A stretch of DNA of 64,000 nucleotides from an uncultured Mariniplasma sp. (GCA_964625435.1 CAZVDQ010000003.1:19589-83588); one strand, 5' to 3'. Positions 47,608 to 58,268 are shown, numbered from the stretch's first letter. Made by a program: numbers and translations. The notes: generated by a model not told the origin, from the sequence alone.

Positions 47608-48870
47608 CTAATCTTCATGTCTATCAGACACGTCTGATTTCCTCAATGTTTTTAATTTTGGTAAATAATGGGTAGTCACTTGAACAGCTTCTTTGTAGTG
47701 TTGGTAATTAGAAAATAGCCTTTGTGCATCTACCATTAAGTAATCTAATACATGATATTCATCAGTTAAGTGTTTGATACCCAATATTTCTCTCCTCAAG
47801 TAATTTAATAATTGACCTTTATCACTATTATATTTATACTTCAGATGTGCGATGAGAATTTTAGATGTATTGCATATCTCTTTTAACTCATCTAGATGGG
47901 TGATGACTTTAACAATTTCTTCGTGCATTTTTTCATAATCTAGCGCCATCAAGTAAAGAATTAGCCATCGGCTTTTATTCCTATAATATAGTTTTCCTAA
48001 AGCAATGGATTCACTATATTTCTGATGATGAAACATTGATTTTGCTAAAGCATAATCATAATCTTCCTGACTTAAACTATACATTTTAGACAATGTTTTT
48101 TCTAGTTCTTTTGGATGTTTGAAGTACGCTTCAAATTTAACGTATTCGCTTCTAATTTCTTGAAGTAGGTGGTAAAGCTCAATATCAACAACTTTATTGA
48201 CATAGAGTGGATAATGATTAAGGACTTCAGATATGCGGTGCATTCTAAATGCATTTAATAATCTCCATTTCAATAAAACCAGAACAACATGATCAGGTAG
48301 ATCATCAAAATTCGGAGCGAGCAATAACAAGTCAAAGGCTTCACTATGCCGATTTTCTTGAAAAAGTTGAATGTTGATAAATATCATGAACAAAGCAAAC
48401 TCTTCATCATTAAGATGTGGAATATACATTTTTAAATCGTAAAACGATTTCATCGCTTCATCGTTATTGTTTTTGAGTGTATGATAACCCATTTGAATGA
48501 GTAATGATTGATAATCACCTTTTATCAAATAAGGCTGTAGATACTCCTCACTGGGAAATGTCCCCGTAATAAAATGATTGCTAATAGTCCTAAGATCTTT
48601 TTCATAATTAACGTTGGTTTCTTCATACATATCTTCTAAACCAAATCGTTTCATTAATGAATTGATAAATTGATTGCTAGGTTCAATCAAATTATTTTCT
48701 AATTTTGATAAATAAGAAACACTACATATACCCTCCGATCCCTCCTCTAACGTCATTTTCATTGATACTCTTTTAAATTTAATTGCAGATCCTAATGGTC
48801 TTGATTCATATATTTTTTTAGTTCTGCGTGCTCGTGCTTGTTTCTTAATATGAAACGTATTTATATTCAT
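47608..48870 (-). CDS. XRE-HTH plus helical (TPR-like) regulator, RRNPP (NprR/PlcR/Rgg)-like
   Basis: IKFKRVSMKMTLEEGSEGICSVSYLSKLENN is the typical N-terminal HTH of this group, followed by about 350 aa of helical sequence. GGAGG RBS gives ATG 48870 (track start 48972 has no RBS). Confidence 0.7.
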   Translation of the reverse strand: MNINTFHIKKQARARRTKKIYESRPLGSAIKFKRVSMKMTLEEGSEGICSVSYLSKLENNLIEPSNQFINSLMKRFGLEDMYEETNVNYEKDLRTISNHFITGTFPSEEYLQPYLIKGDYQSLLIQMGYHTLKNNNDEAMKSFYDLKMYIPHLNDEEFALFMIFINIQLFQENRHSEAFDLLLLAPNFDDLPDHVVLVLLKWRLLNAFRMHRISEVLNHYPLYVNKVVDIELYHLLQEIRSEYVKFEAYFKHPKELEKTLSKMYSLSQEDYDYALAKSMFHHQKYSESIALGKLYYRNKSRWLILYLMALDYEKMHEEIVKVITHLDELKEICNTSKILIAHLKYKYNSDKGQLLNYLRREILGIKHLTDEYHVLDYLMVDAQRLFSNYQHYKEAVQVTTHYLPKLKTLRKSDVSDRHED

Positions 48871-48996
48871 AAGTTCCCTCCCGGATATCTTCTCGATTAT
48901 TATATATTTGCAAAAAAACAAAATCAAAAAATCATTTGATAAATAACTTTTCAAAATGCAAAAAAAACACAAACTTCTAATAAAGTCTGGGTTTTT

Positions 48997-49638
48997 TTAT
49001 TTCTTATCAATGAAATTCTTATCTGGATATTTACATAAATCAATTAATGGACATTTAAAGCACTTGGGTTTTTTAGCTAAACAAAGGTACCTTCCGAAAA
49101 AGATAAATTGATGATGTACTTTTTGCCATAATTCTTTGGGAATTTTTTTCATCAATTTTTTTTCAATCTCAAAGACTGCATCACCTGTTTTAGCTAGTCC
49201 CAATCTCACCGAAACTCTTGCTACATGCGTATCAACAGCTAGTGCAGGTATTCCAAATGCATTACTTAAAACAACATTTGCTGTTTTCCTTCCAACACCA
49301 GGAAGAGACTCTAAATCTACTCTGTTATTCGGTACATCACCTTTAAACTTAGAAGTTATTTCACTCGCAAGCATTTTTATATTTTTAGCTTTATTTCTAA
49401 ATAATCCAATTGACCGAATTAAAGTTTCAACATCTTGAACTTCAGCTTCTGCCAATAATGCAGGGGTTGGATATTTATTAAATAACTTAGGGGTTATTTT
49501 ATTAACACTAATATCTGTTGTCTGAGCACTTAAAACGACGGCTACAAGCAATTCAAAGTTACTATGATGAACAAGTTCAACTGTCGCATCAGGAAACATA
49601 TTGTTTAGAGCATCTAAGACTTGATTGATTCTACTCAT
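48997..49638 (-). CDS. nth: Endonuclease III
   Basis: LSAQTTD, HhH LPGVGRKTANVV, VDTHV.R, 4Fe-4S C.AKKPKC..C.....C. Confidence 0.97.
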   Translation of the reverse strand: MSRINQVLDALNNMFPDATVELVHHSNFELLVAVVLSAQTTDISVNKITPKLFNKYPTPALLAEAEVQDVETLIRSIGLFRNKAKNIKMLASEITSKFKGDVPNNRVDLESLPGVGRKTANVVLSNAFGIPALAVDTHVARVSVRLGLAKTGDAVFEIEKKLMKKIPKELWQKVHHQFIFFGRYLCLAKKPKCFKCPLIDLCKYPDKNFIDKK

Positions 49639-50249
49639 TTAATCTTTTTGAATATTTCATCTAAAGCATTTTCAGTATCCTGATCAATTTCAATTGTTTC
49701 AGGGATAACTTGACTTAATAATCTTTCAATATGTTTGATACTCACTCTATCTTTAGCTGCTGAAATAGCTTGACTAATCTGGTCATGCGTATAATCTTTT
49801 TCATCATACCATCTTCTTATATTTTCAAGTTCATGAGACATTAAAGATCTTCCAAGCCCTTGTTCAATAAGTTTAATTGATCCACTAATTTCATTTTCGT
49901 GAAGTTGTTTGAGCTTTTCAACTTCATCATTTATATATAAATCTTCTATTTTTTTAAATGTTGTATCTAAATCAAAAATTTCTCTTTCTCTACCATCTTT
50001 TTTTTCTAATATGATACTCATAAATCCCTTATTCATTAAAGATTCAACACATGTCCCTATCTCATTTTGATTAAATTCGACTCTTCTAGAAATAGAAGCA
50101 ATCGAAAAAGTTTTTCTTCTCTTATAAATTGAAAATAAGGCAAGTAAAACCGACATCTCTTGCATCGAAAGTTTAAGACGCTTATATTCTTTGATCAATA
50201 TCCGTTCAATTGCTAGATCATAATCCTCATACATTTTCTTTAGAATCAT
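49635..50249 (-). CDS. dnaD: DnaD-family replication protein
   Basis: N-terminal wHTH (YKRLKLS..E..VLL) and C-terminal E..LGR.L...E.E.I..W; the dnaD-nth adjacency is also found in Bacillota. Confidence 0.75.
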   Translation of the reverse strand: MILKKMYEDYDLAIERILIKEYKRLKLSMQEMSVLLALFSIYKRRKTFSIASISRRVEFNQNEIGTCVESLMNKGFMSIILEKKDGREREIFDLDTTFKKIEDLYINDEVEKLKQLHENEISGSIKLIEQGLGRSLMSHELENIRRWYDEKDYTHDQISQAISAAKDRVSIKHIERLLSQVIPETIEIDQDTENALDEIFKKIK

Positions 50250-50901
50250 AATTCCCCTTCTTCAGTGCATCATGTGCAGCACTTTGCTCCGCTTCTTTTT
50301 TTGTTCTTCCCTTACCAACTCCGAGAATGATATGATTATCTAATTTAACGACTGCTTCAAATTCTCGGTCATGTGAAGGGCCTTTTTCTTTAATGATAGA
50401 ATAACTTATATTTCTTTTATCTCCGCTTTGAATGTATTCCTGAAGTGAGGATTTATAATCTTTAATCTCCCATACAAGATGGAAATGAGGAACAACAATT
50501 TTATTAAACACTCGATATACTTCATGGAAACCCAAATCTAAATAAATGGCTCCAAATAGGGCTTCAAAAGCATCAGCAATCATTGAGTCGTTTGCTCCTT
50601 TAACCTGCTCACCCCGACCTAATTTAATATAATCTGTAAGTTTTATCTTTGTTGCGTATTTAACAAGAGCTTCCTCACAAACTGCTTGAGCTCTTTTCTT
50701 TGTCATTGTACCTTCATTATCCAAATCTTCATTATAAAGATAATCGCTCATTAATAATTCAATAACTGCGTCACCTAAAAATTCGAGTTTTTCATTTTTT
50801 TCGGTCTGGTTTTCATAGGCATATGATGAGTGAGTCATTGCCATCACATAAAGTGATTCATCTTTATAAGGGAGATTTAGCTTTTTTAGTAAAGCTTTCA
50901 T
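50227..50901 (-). CDS. rnc: Ribonuclease III
   Basis: THSSY, EKLEFLGDAV, ADAFEA..GAIYLD, dsRBD DYKS.LQE...G.G.TKKEAEQ.AA. Confidence 0.97.
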   Translation of the reverse strand: MKALLKKLNLPYKDESLYVMAMTHSSYAYENQTEKNEKLEFLGDAVIELLMSDYLYNEDLDNEGTMTKKRAQAVCEEALVKYATKIKLTDYIKLGRGEQVKGANDSMIADAFEALFGAIYLDLGFHEVYRVFNKIVVPHFHLVWEIKDYKSSLQEYIQSGDKRNISYSIIKEKGPSHDREFEAVVKLDNHIILGVGKGRTKKEAEQSAAHDALKKGNYDSKENV

Positions 50902-51905
50902 TCTCTTACCGCTTCTTTCTTTGTCAGAACACCTGAAACAATCTCTATGACATTGGCTTCAACCATTTCTTTTGCTTGGCGAATACCATTAAAAAATCCT
51001 TTTTCCTTTGATGATCCTTGGGCTTTAATAACAACAGAGTTGAATCCCATCAATAATGCTCCACCAATTTCAGATGCATCCAAAGACATTTTGAAACGTT
51101 TTAAAGCATTTCTCATAAATATAGCCCCAATGGTTGCAAATATTGAAGATTTAATTTCGCGTTTTAAAACTTGTCCTAAACCTTTGGCAGTACCTTCCAT
51201 GGTTTTCATAACAATATTCGCTGTGAATCCATCAGATAGTAAAATATCCGCTTCAGTTAAAAAGATTTCTTTAGGTTCGAGATTCCCATAAAAATTAATA
51301 TCTTTACTGGCTTTCAGTAAAGCAAATGTTTCTTTATCAAATTCTCTACCTTTACCATCTTCTGTTCCAATATTAATTAATGCCACTTGGGGATTAGATC
51401 TCTTGAGTACTTTTTCAGCCATAATTGATGCATAAACAGCAAATTCAAGAAGATGCTCAGGTTTAAAATCAACGTTAGCTCCAGAATCTAATAATATTCT
51501 TCCTCTACCATCATATGATGGAACTATTGGGGCAATCGCAACTCTGTGCATGCTCGGCATTCTTCTAATAATAAAATGTCCACCAACGACTAATGCTTGA
51601 GTTGGACCAGCACTTACTATTGCATCTGCGTTGCCATCTTTAACAAATTGCATTGCCATGAACATCGATATTTCTTTATTTGTACGATATTGTTTAATTG
51701 GATCTTTTTCACCCATTGACAAATAATGTGATGTGTGTACCACATGAAGTCTGGGATGCTGCTTCAAAAAGGGAGCCATTTTGACTTCATCACCAAATAA
51801 GGTAATTTCGATATTGTCAAATTTTTCAAGTGCCATCATTGTTCCTTTAACGATTGGCTCAGGTGCGTAATCTCCACCCATACCGTCAACTGCTAAACGT
51901 ATCAT
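50898..51905 (-). CDS. plsX: Phosphate acyltransferase PlsX
   Basis: RLAVDGMGGDYAP, VSAGPT, LDSGAN, LINIGTEDGKG, DGFT.N. GAAGGGA RBS favours ATG 51905. Confidence 0.95.
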   Translation of the reverse strand: MIRLAVDGMGGDYAPEPIVKGTMMALEKFDNIEITLFGDEVKMAPFLKQHPRLHVVHTSHYLSMGEKDPIKQYRTNKEISMFMAMQFVKDGNADAIVSAGPTQALVVGGHFIIRRMPSMHRVAIAPIVPSYDGRGRILLDSGANVDFKPEHLLEFAVYASIMAEKVLKRSNPQVALINIGTEDGKGREFDKETFALLKASKDINFYGNLEPKEIFLTEADILLSDGFTANIVMKTMEGTAKGLGQVLKREIKSSIFATIGAIFMRNALKRFKMSLDASEIGGALLMGFNSVVIKAQGSSKEKGFFNGIRQAKEMVEANVIEIVSGVLTKKEAVRE

Positions 51906-51936
51906 AATATCCCTTCTTTCGTTATAAATCATTATA

Positions 51937-53910
51937 TCATATCTTATATGAGTCTGTAATGGTCTTGTTTAAATATTTGTAGATGTGATTGGTTTTGAAA
52001 TCTGGTCTGTCAAGAAGTTCTAAAACATTTTTTTGTGCTTCATATAAAATAGAATAATCATTATTAAGATCTAAAAATTTAAACTTAAAATATCCGCTTT
52101 GCTCAACTCCAAGAAAATCTCCAGGTCCACGAACTTTAAGATCATATTCACTTAAGATAAATCCATCATCAATTTTAGATAACAATTGAAGTCTTTCTAC
52201 ATCGCTTTTTTCAGAAATTAAATAACATGTACTCTTAAGATTTCCTCTGCCCACGCGACCTCTTAACTGATGGAGTTGACTGAGACCAAAATGCTCAGCC
52301 GCATAAATACCAATGAGCGTTGCTGTAGGAATATCAATACCTACTTCAATCATTGTTGTTGCTATTAAAATACTTCCTGGAGTATAGATAAAGTTTTCCA
52401 TCATACGTTCTTTTTCTTCATTTGGAAGTCTTCCGTGCAGTAAATAAATGGGGCAAGTAAATTTAGAACTTATCTCTTCATAGACTGTATCTATATTATC
52501 TGATACTTTCTCTGAATCTATTGCTGGAACAACTAAAAAGACGTGTTCATTTCTTAAAACAGCAGTTTCAATGGACTGGTATAATTCAGTAATCTGATCC
52601 TTTTGTATATATTTGGTTTCAATAGGAATCCTATGTTGTGGTTTTTCTTTAATAAGACTTAAGTGAGAATCACCAAAAGCAATCATCGCAAGTGTCCTAG
52701 GGATTGGTGTTGCTGTTAAATAGATAACATCTTTTGTGTGTGCTTTGCTAATAAGTTCTTCTCTTGTATTTACACCAAATTTATGTTGCTCATCTATAAT
52801 GACCAACCCTAAATTATTGAATATTACATCATCTTCAATCAAGGCATGTGTTCCGATGATAAGATCATATTCATGATTTCTAATAGATTCTTTCATCTGA
52901 TCTTTTGATTTTGTTTTTCCGCTCAATAAGGCGATATTACACGACTTAAACATTGTTGTAAAATATTGATAGTGTTGATTTGCTAGAAGTTCTGTGGGTG
53001 CCATAAATGAAACTTGCTCATGTGCGGTGATTGCCGCATAAATTGCTAAAAGTACAACAACTGTCTTACCAGAACCCACATCTCCTTGAATTAATCTATA
53101 GCTTGAATATGGCTTTTTAAAGTCTCTAAAAATATCATTCACTGCTTCTTTTTGATCTTTTGTTAATTCATATGGAAGTTCTTCAATAAGTGCTTTAACC
53201 TTGTTTAAATCATATAATTTCGGATCTCTTGAGTGATTGGATAAACGTTGTGCTGAAAGCTTTAGATGAAGGTAAAATGCTTCTTCATATTTGAATCTTC
53301 TTTCGGCTTGATGGATTTCATCTAGGTTTTTTGGAAAGTGTAATTTGTAATAAGCATCTTCTCTACTCAAAAGATGGTACTTTGTTATAAACTCTTTGGG
53401 GATGGTTTCAAATATTAATACTTGATGTTGATCGAAAATACTTTTAATGATTGTTGATAAACTTCTATCATGAATTCCTTCTAGATTATATGTGGGTTTA
53501 ATGGGAACAGTTTTATCTAAATTCATTATTGAAGCAGCAACAATTGTTTTTCGATATAAGTGATAAACACCTTTGATGACAATATCATCTTTGACTTTTA
53601 GTTGTTTTAAAAGATATCCTCTTCCGAAGACAATAATTTCAATCGTTTGTTCAAAAACTTTTGCTTTAAATGTAATTCGTTCCCCCTTCGAAAAACGAAA
53701 CATTTGAGGTTCTGTAATTATCGATGCTTGAACTGTTAATGTATCTTTATCATTTGCTCTTTCTAAAGACGTAATACTAAAATCTTCATATGATTTTGGA
53801 TAATTTAAAACAAGGTCATAGGTAGACCATATGTGGTTGTTTCTCAATATTCTTAACGTGTTAGGCCCAATACCTTTAATCTGATCTAACTTAATATCCA
53901 AAATTATCAC
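51937..53910 (-). CDS. recG: ATP-dependent DNA helicase RecG
   Basis: RLIQGDVGSGKT, MAPTELLA.QH, DEQHKFG, TATPIPRT, QLHQLRGRVGRG, RGPGD..G..QSG. Confidence 0.97.
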   Translation of the reverse strand: MIILDIKLDQIKGIGPNTLRILRNNHIWSTYDLVLNYPKSYEDFSITSLERANDKDTLTVQASIITEPQMFRFSKGERITFKAKVFEQTIEIIVFGRGYLLKQLKVKDDIVIKGVYHLYRKTIVAASIMNLDKTVPIKPTYNLEGIHDRSLSTIIKSIFDQHQVLIFETIPKEFITKYHLLSREDAYYKLHFPKNLDEIHQAERRFKYEEAFYLHLKLSAQRLSNHSRDPKLYDLNKVKALIEELPYELTKDQKEAVNDIFRDFKKPYSSYRLIQGDVGSGKTVVVLLAIYAAITAHEQVSFMAPTELLANQHYQYFTTMFKSCNIALLSGKTKSKDQMKESIRNHEYDLIIGTHALIEDDVIFNNLGLVIIDEQHKFGVNTREELISKAHTKDVIYLTATPIPRTLAMIAFGDSHLSLIKEKPQHRIPIETKYIQKDQITELYQSIETAVLRNEHVFLVVPAIDSEKVSDNIDTVYEEISSKFTCPIYLLHGRLPNEEKERMMENFIYTPGSILIATTMIEVGIDIPTATLIGIYAAEHFGLSQLHQLRGRVGRGNLKSTCYLISEKSDVERLQLLSKIDDGFILSEYDLKVRGPGDFLGVEQSGYFKFKFLDLNNDYSILYEAQKNVLELLDRPDFKTNHIYKYLNKTITDSYKI

Positions 53911-53967
53911 CTACCATTATTATACAAGAAATATCTAAACCCATGATGACTTTAAACCAAGCATATG

Positions 53968-53991
53968 AAAAAAGGCAAAATCTGCCTTTTT
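53968..53991 (-). terminator. Terminator of the aro operon
   Basis: AAAAAGGCA-GATTT-TGCCTTTTTT overlapping the aroC stop codon. Confidence 0.7.
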
Positions 53992-54979
53992 ACTGATACG
54001 CTTTATTTAAAAGAAATAAGTCAGCTAAAACAATGGCAAGTGCATTTTCTAAAACAATTCCAACTCTTCGTGCAATACAAGCGTCATGTCTTCCACCAAC
54101 TTTTAGATCTGCAATCTCTTTTGATTCAAAATCGTAGGTTTGCTGTTTCTGTTGAATGCTCGATGTTGGTTTAATGAATACTTTAACTACTAAATCGTTC
54201 CCATTAGACAAACCACCAGAGATTCCTCCACTATGATTTGTCTTGGTATGTCCATTTTCATCGATTATTTCGTCATTGAACTCACTACCTAACATCAATA
54301 ATCCAGAAAATCCAGTTCCAATTTCAACACCTTTAACTGCAGGTATAGAAAACATCATCTTTCCTATCTCTGAATCTAATTTGTTAAAGAATGGTTCTCC
54401 AAGTCCAATAGTCATGTTTTTAACTGATAATTCTATTACTCCTCCAACTGAATCACCCTTTTTAATAATTTCTTCTAAGTAATGATCAAGTTTGGACATA
54501 TCAGTTAATGAACCAACTTGAATAAGCTCATGATGAAATTTAAATGGTAACATCATTTTTGCAATTGCTCCAGCAGCGACGATAGGAGCAGTTAATCTTC
54601 CTGAAAATCTACCTCCACCTCGAAAGTCCTGAAAGCCATTGTATTTTTTTTGTGCAACAAAATCAGCATGCCCTGGTCTTGGTTGCTTTTTTAGATGTTC
54701 ATAGTCTTTAGATCTTAGGTCATTGTTTTCGATCATCAAGTGAATTGGAGATCCAGTTGAATATCCATTAAAAACACCAGATGTAATTTCAAATTGATCC
54801 ATTTCTTTTCTTGAAGTTGTTCCAATTGCACCAGACCGTCTTTTTAATAAATCATCCTTAATTTTAGTTTCATCAATCATAATGCCAGAAGGCATGCCGT
54901 CGATTACAACTCCAATTGCCTTTTGGTGAGATTCACCATATAAAGTAACTTTAAAAATATTGCCGTAACTATTCATCAT
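53990..54979 (-). CDS. aroC: Chorismate synthase
   Basis: GESH, RPGHAD, GGGRFSGR.TA, N.SGGI.GGLSNG, KPTSSI, GRHD.CI. Confidence 0.97.
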   Translation of the reverse strand: MMNSYGNIFKVTLYGESHQKAIGVVIDGMPSGIMIDETKIKDDLLKRRSGAIGTTSRKEMDQFEITSGVFNGYSTGSPIHLMIENNDLRSKDYEHLKKQPRPGHADFVAQKKYNGFQDFRGGGRFSGRLTAPIVAAGAIAKMMLPFKFHHELIQVGSLTDMSKLDHYLEEIIKKGDSVGGVIELSVKNMTIGLGEPFFNKLDSEIGKMMFSIPAVKGVEIGTGFSGLLMLGSEFNDEIIDENGHTKTNHSGGISGGLSNGNDLVVKVFIKPTSSIQQKQQTYDFESKEIADLKVGGRHDACIARRVGIVLENALAIVLADLFLLNKAYQ

Positions 54980-55757
54980 AAATCACTTCCTTCAATGTTT
55001 TCATCAGTTCTTTAGTTAATTCTATTGTTTGATCAAACCAAATTTCTTCGCTCTTTATTGCTTGAATAATGAGCATATGAAGTCCATTATACCCTTTTTT
55101 ACTATCTTTCATAATTTGAGTTACTTTAGGATTATAAACTAGGTCAATCACTATTTTTCCAGCAACTTCTTCTTTTGTAAGTATAGAAACATTCGTATTA
55201 GGATATGTTCCAATGGGTGTTGCTTGTACAAATATATCCACGTGCTTCGTATCAATATCTTTATATTCGATGACATGTTCAAATTTATGTTTATTACTTG
55301 TTAAATTTCTTGTAACAACAGTAACATTAGCACTTGAATCACGCAGTGCATGATAAGCTGCTTTCGCGCCCCCACCTGTGCCCAAAATATAAACATTTTT
55401 GGATTCTACTGAAATATGGTTTGTTTCTAATAAGCCAATAAATCCATCATAATCAGTATTATCACCAACTACTTCATCATTTCTGTAATAGATCGTATTC
55501 ACTGCACCAATCTTATTTGCTTTGTGAGTTAATCTATCCATATATGGGATAACTCTTTCTTTATAAGGCGTAGTCACATTAAATCCGTGGTAATACCCTT
55601 CCTTGAGTAAATCAATTAATTCAGGAATTTCTTCGGCATCAACATTTAACAGTTCATAAGAAATATCAAAATGAAGTTTCTTACTTATGACCTGATGAAT
55701 TAAAGGTGATTTGCTGTAATTGATTTGATTACCAATGAGTCCAAATCGTAAGCTCAT
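54969..55757 (-). CDS. aroE: Shikimate dehydrogenase
   Basis: S.SP.IH, GFNVT.PYK, GAVNT, NTDYDG, G.GGGA, DLVYNP, NGL.ML..QA. Confidence 0.93.
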   Translation of the reverse strand: MSLRFGLIGNQINYSKSPLIHQVISKKLHFDISYELLNVDAEEIPELIDLLKEGYYHGFNVTTPYKERVIPYMDRLTHKANKIGAVNTIYYRNDEVVGDNTDYDGFIGLLETNHISVESKNVYILGTGGGAKAAYHALRDSSANVTVVTRNLTSNKHKFEHVIEYKDIDTKHVDIFVQATPIGTYPNTNVSILTKEEVAGKIVIDLVYNPKVTQIMKDSKKGYNGLHMLIIQAIKSEEIWFDQTIELTKELMKTLKEVIYDE

Positions 55758-56008
55758 TTTTGATTCGCCTTAGAAAGATGCATCATTTCTTTGATAAAAG
55801 ATTCATAGAGTGGCCATTGTTTGTCATCATTAAATTCGATTCTTCTTTTTTCCAACAGTTCTTTTTCTCTTTTTTCATCTAAAACAGGTAATTGATTTGC
55901 TTTTTTATATAGTCCGATTTGTTGTGAGACATTCATTCTTTTTTTAAATAATTCCATCATTTTTCGATCAATTTTATCGATTTCAATTCTTAATAATTCA
56001 AGATTCAC
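55754..56008 (-). CDS. Monofunctional chorismate mutase (AroQ class)
   Basis: LELLRIEID.ID..M..LF..R......IG.YK.....PV.D..RE. AGGAGG RBS favours GTG 56008. Confidence 0.9.
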   Translation of the reverse strand: MNLELLRIEIDKIDRKMMELFKKRMNVSQQIGLYKKANQLPVLDEKREKELLEKRRIEFNDDKQWPLYESFIKEMMHLSKANQK

Positions 56009-57257
56009 GAATGTCACCTCCTAAGGATTTATATACTTTGAAAAAATTAGGATAAGATTTTTTGACAACATCAGCATTTGTTATTGTCACAGGTCCATCA
56101 GCCCGAATTGCTGCAATCGCAATTGCCATAGCAATCCGATGATCACCGAATGAATCAAAAGTCTGATTACCTCTTAATTTCTTTTTACCCGCGATTATTA
56201 CCGTATCATCTATCATTTTAATATCTACACCAAACTTGATGAGTGTCTGATACATTGCGTCGAGTCTGTCAGATTCTTTTATTCGAAGTCGAGAAGCGTT
56301 TGAAAATGTTGTTGTCTTAGAACTGAGGGCTGCTAAAACCATTAATATCGGTCCAAGATCGGGGATTTGACTTAAATCAATTGGAATTCCATATGTTTCG
56401 CTAGGTTTAACCTTATATCTTCGGTCTAAATTCTTATAATCAATTTTGCCTTCCATCTCTTTAATAATATCAACAATCTTATAATCGCCTTGTTTACTAA
56501 TAGGATTTAAATGCGTAAGTTCAATGGGTCCACCAATTAATCCAGCAACCATCCAAAATGCAGCTTGTGAATAATCTGCTTCAACCGTTGCTGTTTGAGG
56601 TGTATAGGTTTGTCCACCTTTGATATAAAAATATTGATCAACTTGTAAGATGTGAATACCAAATATCTTTAAAACTTCTAATGTGAGATCTACATACCCT
56701 TTTGATTCAAGTGGTGTTAATAATTCAATCACAGAGTCTTTTTTAAGTCTTGGTAATGCAAAAAGCAATCCTGTGATGAATTGTGAACTCACATCTCCTC
56801 TCATAAAGTAATATCCAGCCTTAAGTGGCCCTTTAAGTTCTAAAGGAAGATTATCTTCTTCTAATTTTTTATAGTAAATGAGTTTATGATCGAATAAATC
56901 AAAATAGACATCTATTGTTCTTTTTGGTAGTCTACCTTTTCCTGTAAAAATTACTTTTTCATTTTGCAAAAGTGCTAAAGGAATCATAAATCTTAACGTA
57001 GAACCTGACTCATTACAATCAATTGTAGGTTGATTTAAGATCCAATCATGTCCAGTAACCTGTTCTTCATTAAAAGTAACACCAAAAGCACTGAGTGCCT
57101 TTTTGGTAGATTCTATATCATCAGATTTTAAAACATTTTTAATTGTAGAAGTCCCTTGAGCAAGACCGGAAGCAATAATATATCGATGTGATAAAGATTT
57201 AGAAGAGACAACGGGAACGACACCTGTTAAAGGTTTAGGATTAATGGTGATATTCAC
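55998..57257 (-). CDS. aroA: EPSP synthase
   Basis: SKSLSHR, NESGSTLRF, SSQFITGLL, R.KESDR, DHRIAMA, V.KSYP.F. Confidence 0.97.
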   Translation of the reverse strand: MNITINPKPLTGVVPVVSSKSLSHRYIIASGLAQGTSTIKNVLKSDDIESTKKALSAFGVTFNEEQVTGHDWILNQPTIDCNESGSTLRFMIPLALLQNEKVIFTGKGRLPKRTIDVYFDLFDHKLIYYKKLEEDNLPLELKGPLKAGYYFMRGDVSSQFITGLLFALPRLKKDSVIELLTPLESKGYVDLTLEVLKIFGIHILQVDQYFYIKGGQTYTPQTATVEADYSQAAFWMVAGLIGGPIELTHLNPISKQGDYKIVDIIKEMEGKIDYKNLDRRYKVKPSETYGIPIDLSQIPDLGPILMVLAALSSKTTTFSNASRLRIKESDRLDAMYQTLIKFGVDIKMIDDTVIIAGKKKLRGNQTFDSFGDHRIAMAIAIAAIRADGPVTITNADVVKKSYPNFFKVYKSLGGDIRES

Positions 57258-58268
57258 TTAAATATCTCCTTCCTTCAACACAATAATGTCTGATTCTCCA
57301 ACTTTAGGAACAACAATAAAGTGTAGTCCTTCAGCTAAAAACTTTTTATCATGAATAATATCCTTCTTATAATCTTCCATGACCAATAAAGGTTCTTCAA
57401 CCAACCCTCTTTTTAGAAGTAAAGATTTAACTTCGTCATATAATTGTTGATGTGTTTCATGGAGTCTAATTCCTAATTCTAATGCCATAAGCATCCCATA
57501 ACTAATCGCTTCGCCATGTTTATATGTTTCATATTGATGTCTTTTTTCAATCGCGTGTCCAAAAGTATGTCCAAAATTCAAAACCATGCGTTCTTTTTGA
57601 TCATAAGGATCTAAAATGACTAGTTCACGTTTGACTTGAATAGACATAATGATTTCATCTTCAGTGACGCGCTCATGTGATAATAGATGGTGATATAATT
57701 TTTTATCTCCAATTAAACCAGCTTTAATCATTTCAGCTAATCCGTTCGTATATTCTCTTTTTGATAATGTATTAAGAAAATGCATATCTATATATACGAA
57801 TTGAGGATTATAAAAAGCTCCGACGAGGTTCTTACCTTCATCTAGATCAATTCCAACTTTACCACCTATACTACTATCTACCATGGCTAATAAAGTTGTT
57901 GGTATTTGAATAAAGGGGATTCCTCTAAAAAGAGTTGCTGCTACAAATCCAGTGAGATCTCCAACGACACCTCCGCCTAAAGCGATTATTAAATGATGTC
58001 TTTTTATTTGTTTTTGAACCAATTCTTGAATGACTTTCTGATAGGTCATAAAAGATTTTGATTTTTCTCCTGGTTCAACAACAACAAAAAGAGTATTGAA
58101 ATCTTTAAGTGAGTCTTTCAATTTTTGGGCATATAATTTGTTCACATTTTGATCAGTGATGACAAAAACATCATGTCCGTGATAAATTGATTTGACGTAC
58201 TTATTTAGATTCAACAATTGATTGTTCTCGATAAAAATGTCGTATTCAGGCATTTTAATGAACATCAA
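57258..58268 (-). CDS. aroB: 3-dehydroquinate synthase
   Basis: GE..KS, ALGGGVVGDL.GF, PTTLLA.VDSS.GGK, GKN.VG.F, LNFGHT.GHA.E, HGEA. Confidence 0.97.
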   Translation of the reverse strand: MMFIKMPEYDIFIENNQLLNLNKYVKSIYHGHDVFVITDQNVNKLYAQKLKDSLKDFNTLFVVVEPGEKSKSFMTYQKVIQELVQKQIKRHHLIIALGGGVVGDLTGFVAATLFRGIPFIQIPTTLLAMVDSSIGGKVGIDLDEGKNLVGAFYNPQFVYIDMHFLNTLSKREYTNGLAEMIKAGLIGDKKLYHHLLSHERVTEDEIIMSIQVKRELVILDPYDQKERMVLNFGHTFGHAIEKRHQYETYKHGEAISYGMLMALELGIRLHETHQQLYDEVKSLLLKRGLVEEPLLVMEDYKKDIIHDKKFLAEGLHFIVVPKVGESDIIVLKEGDI

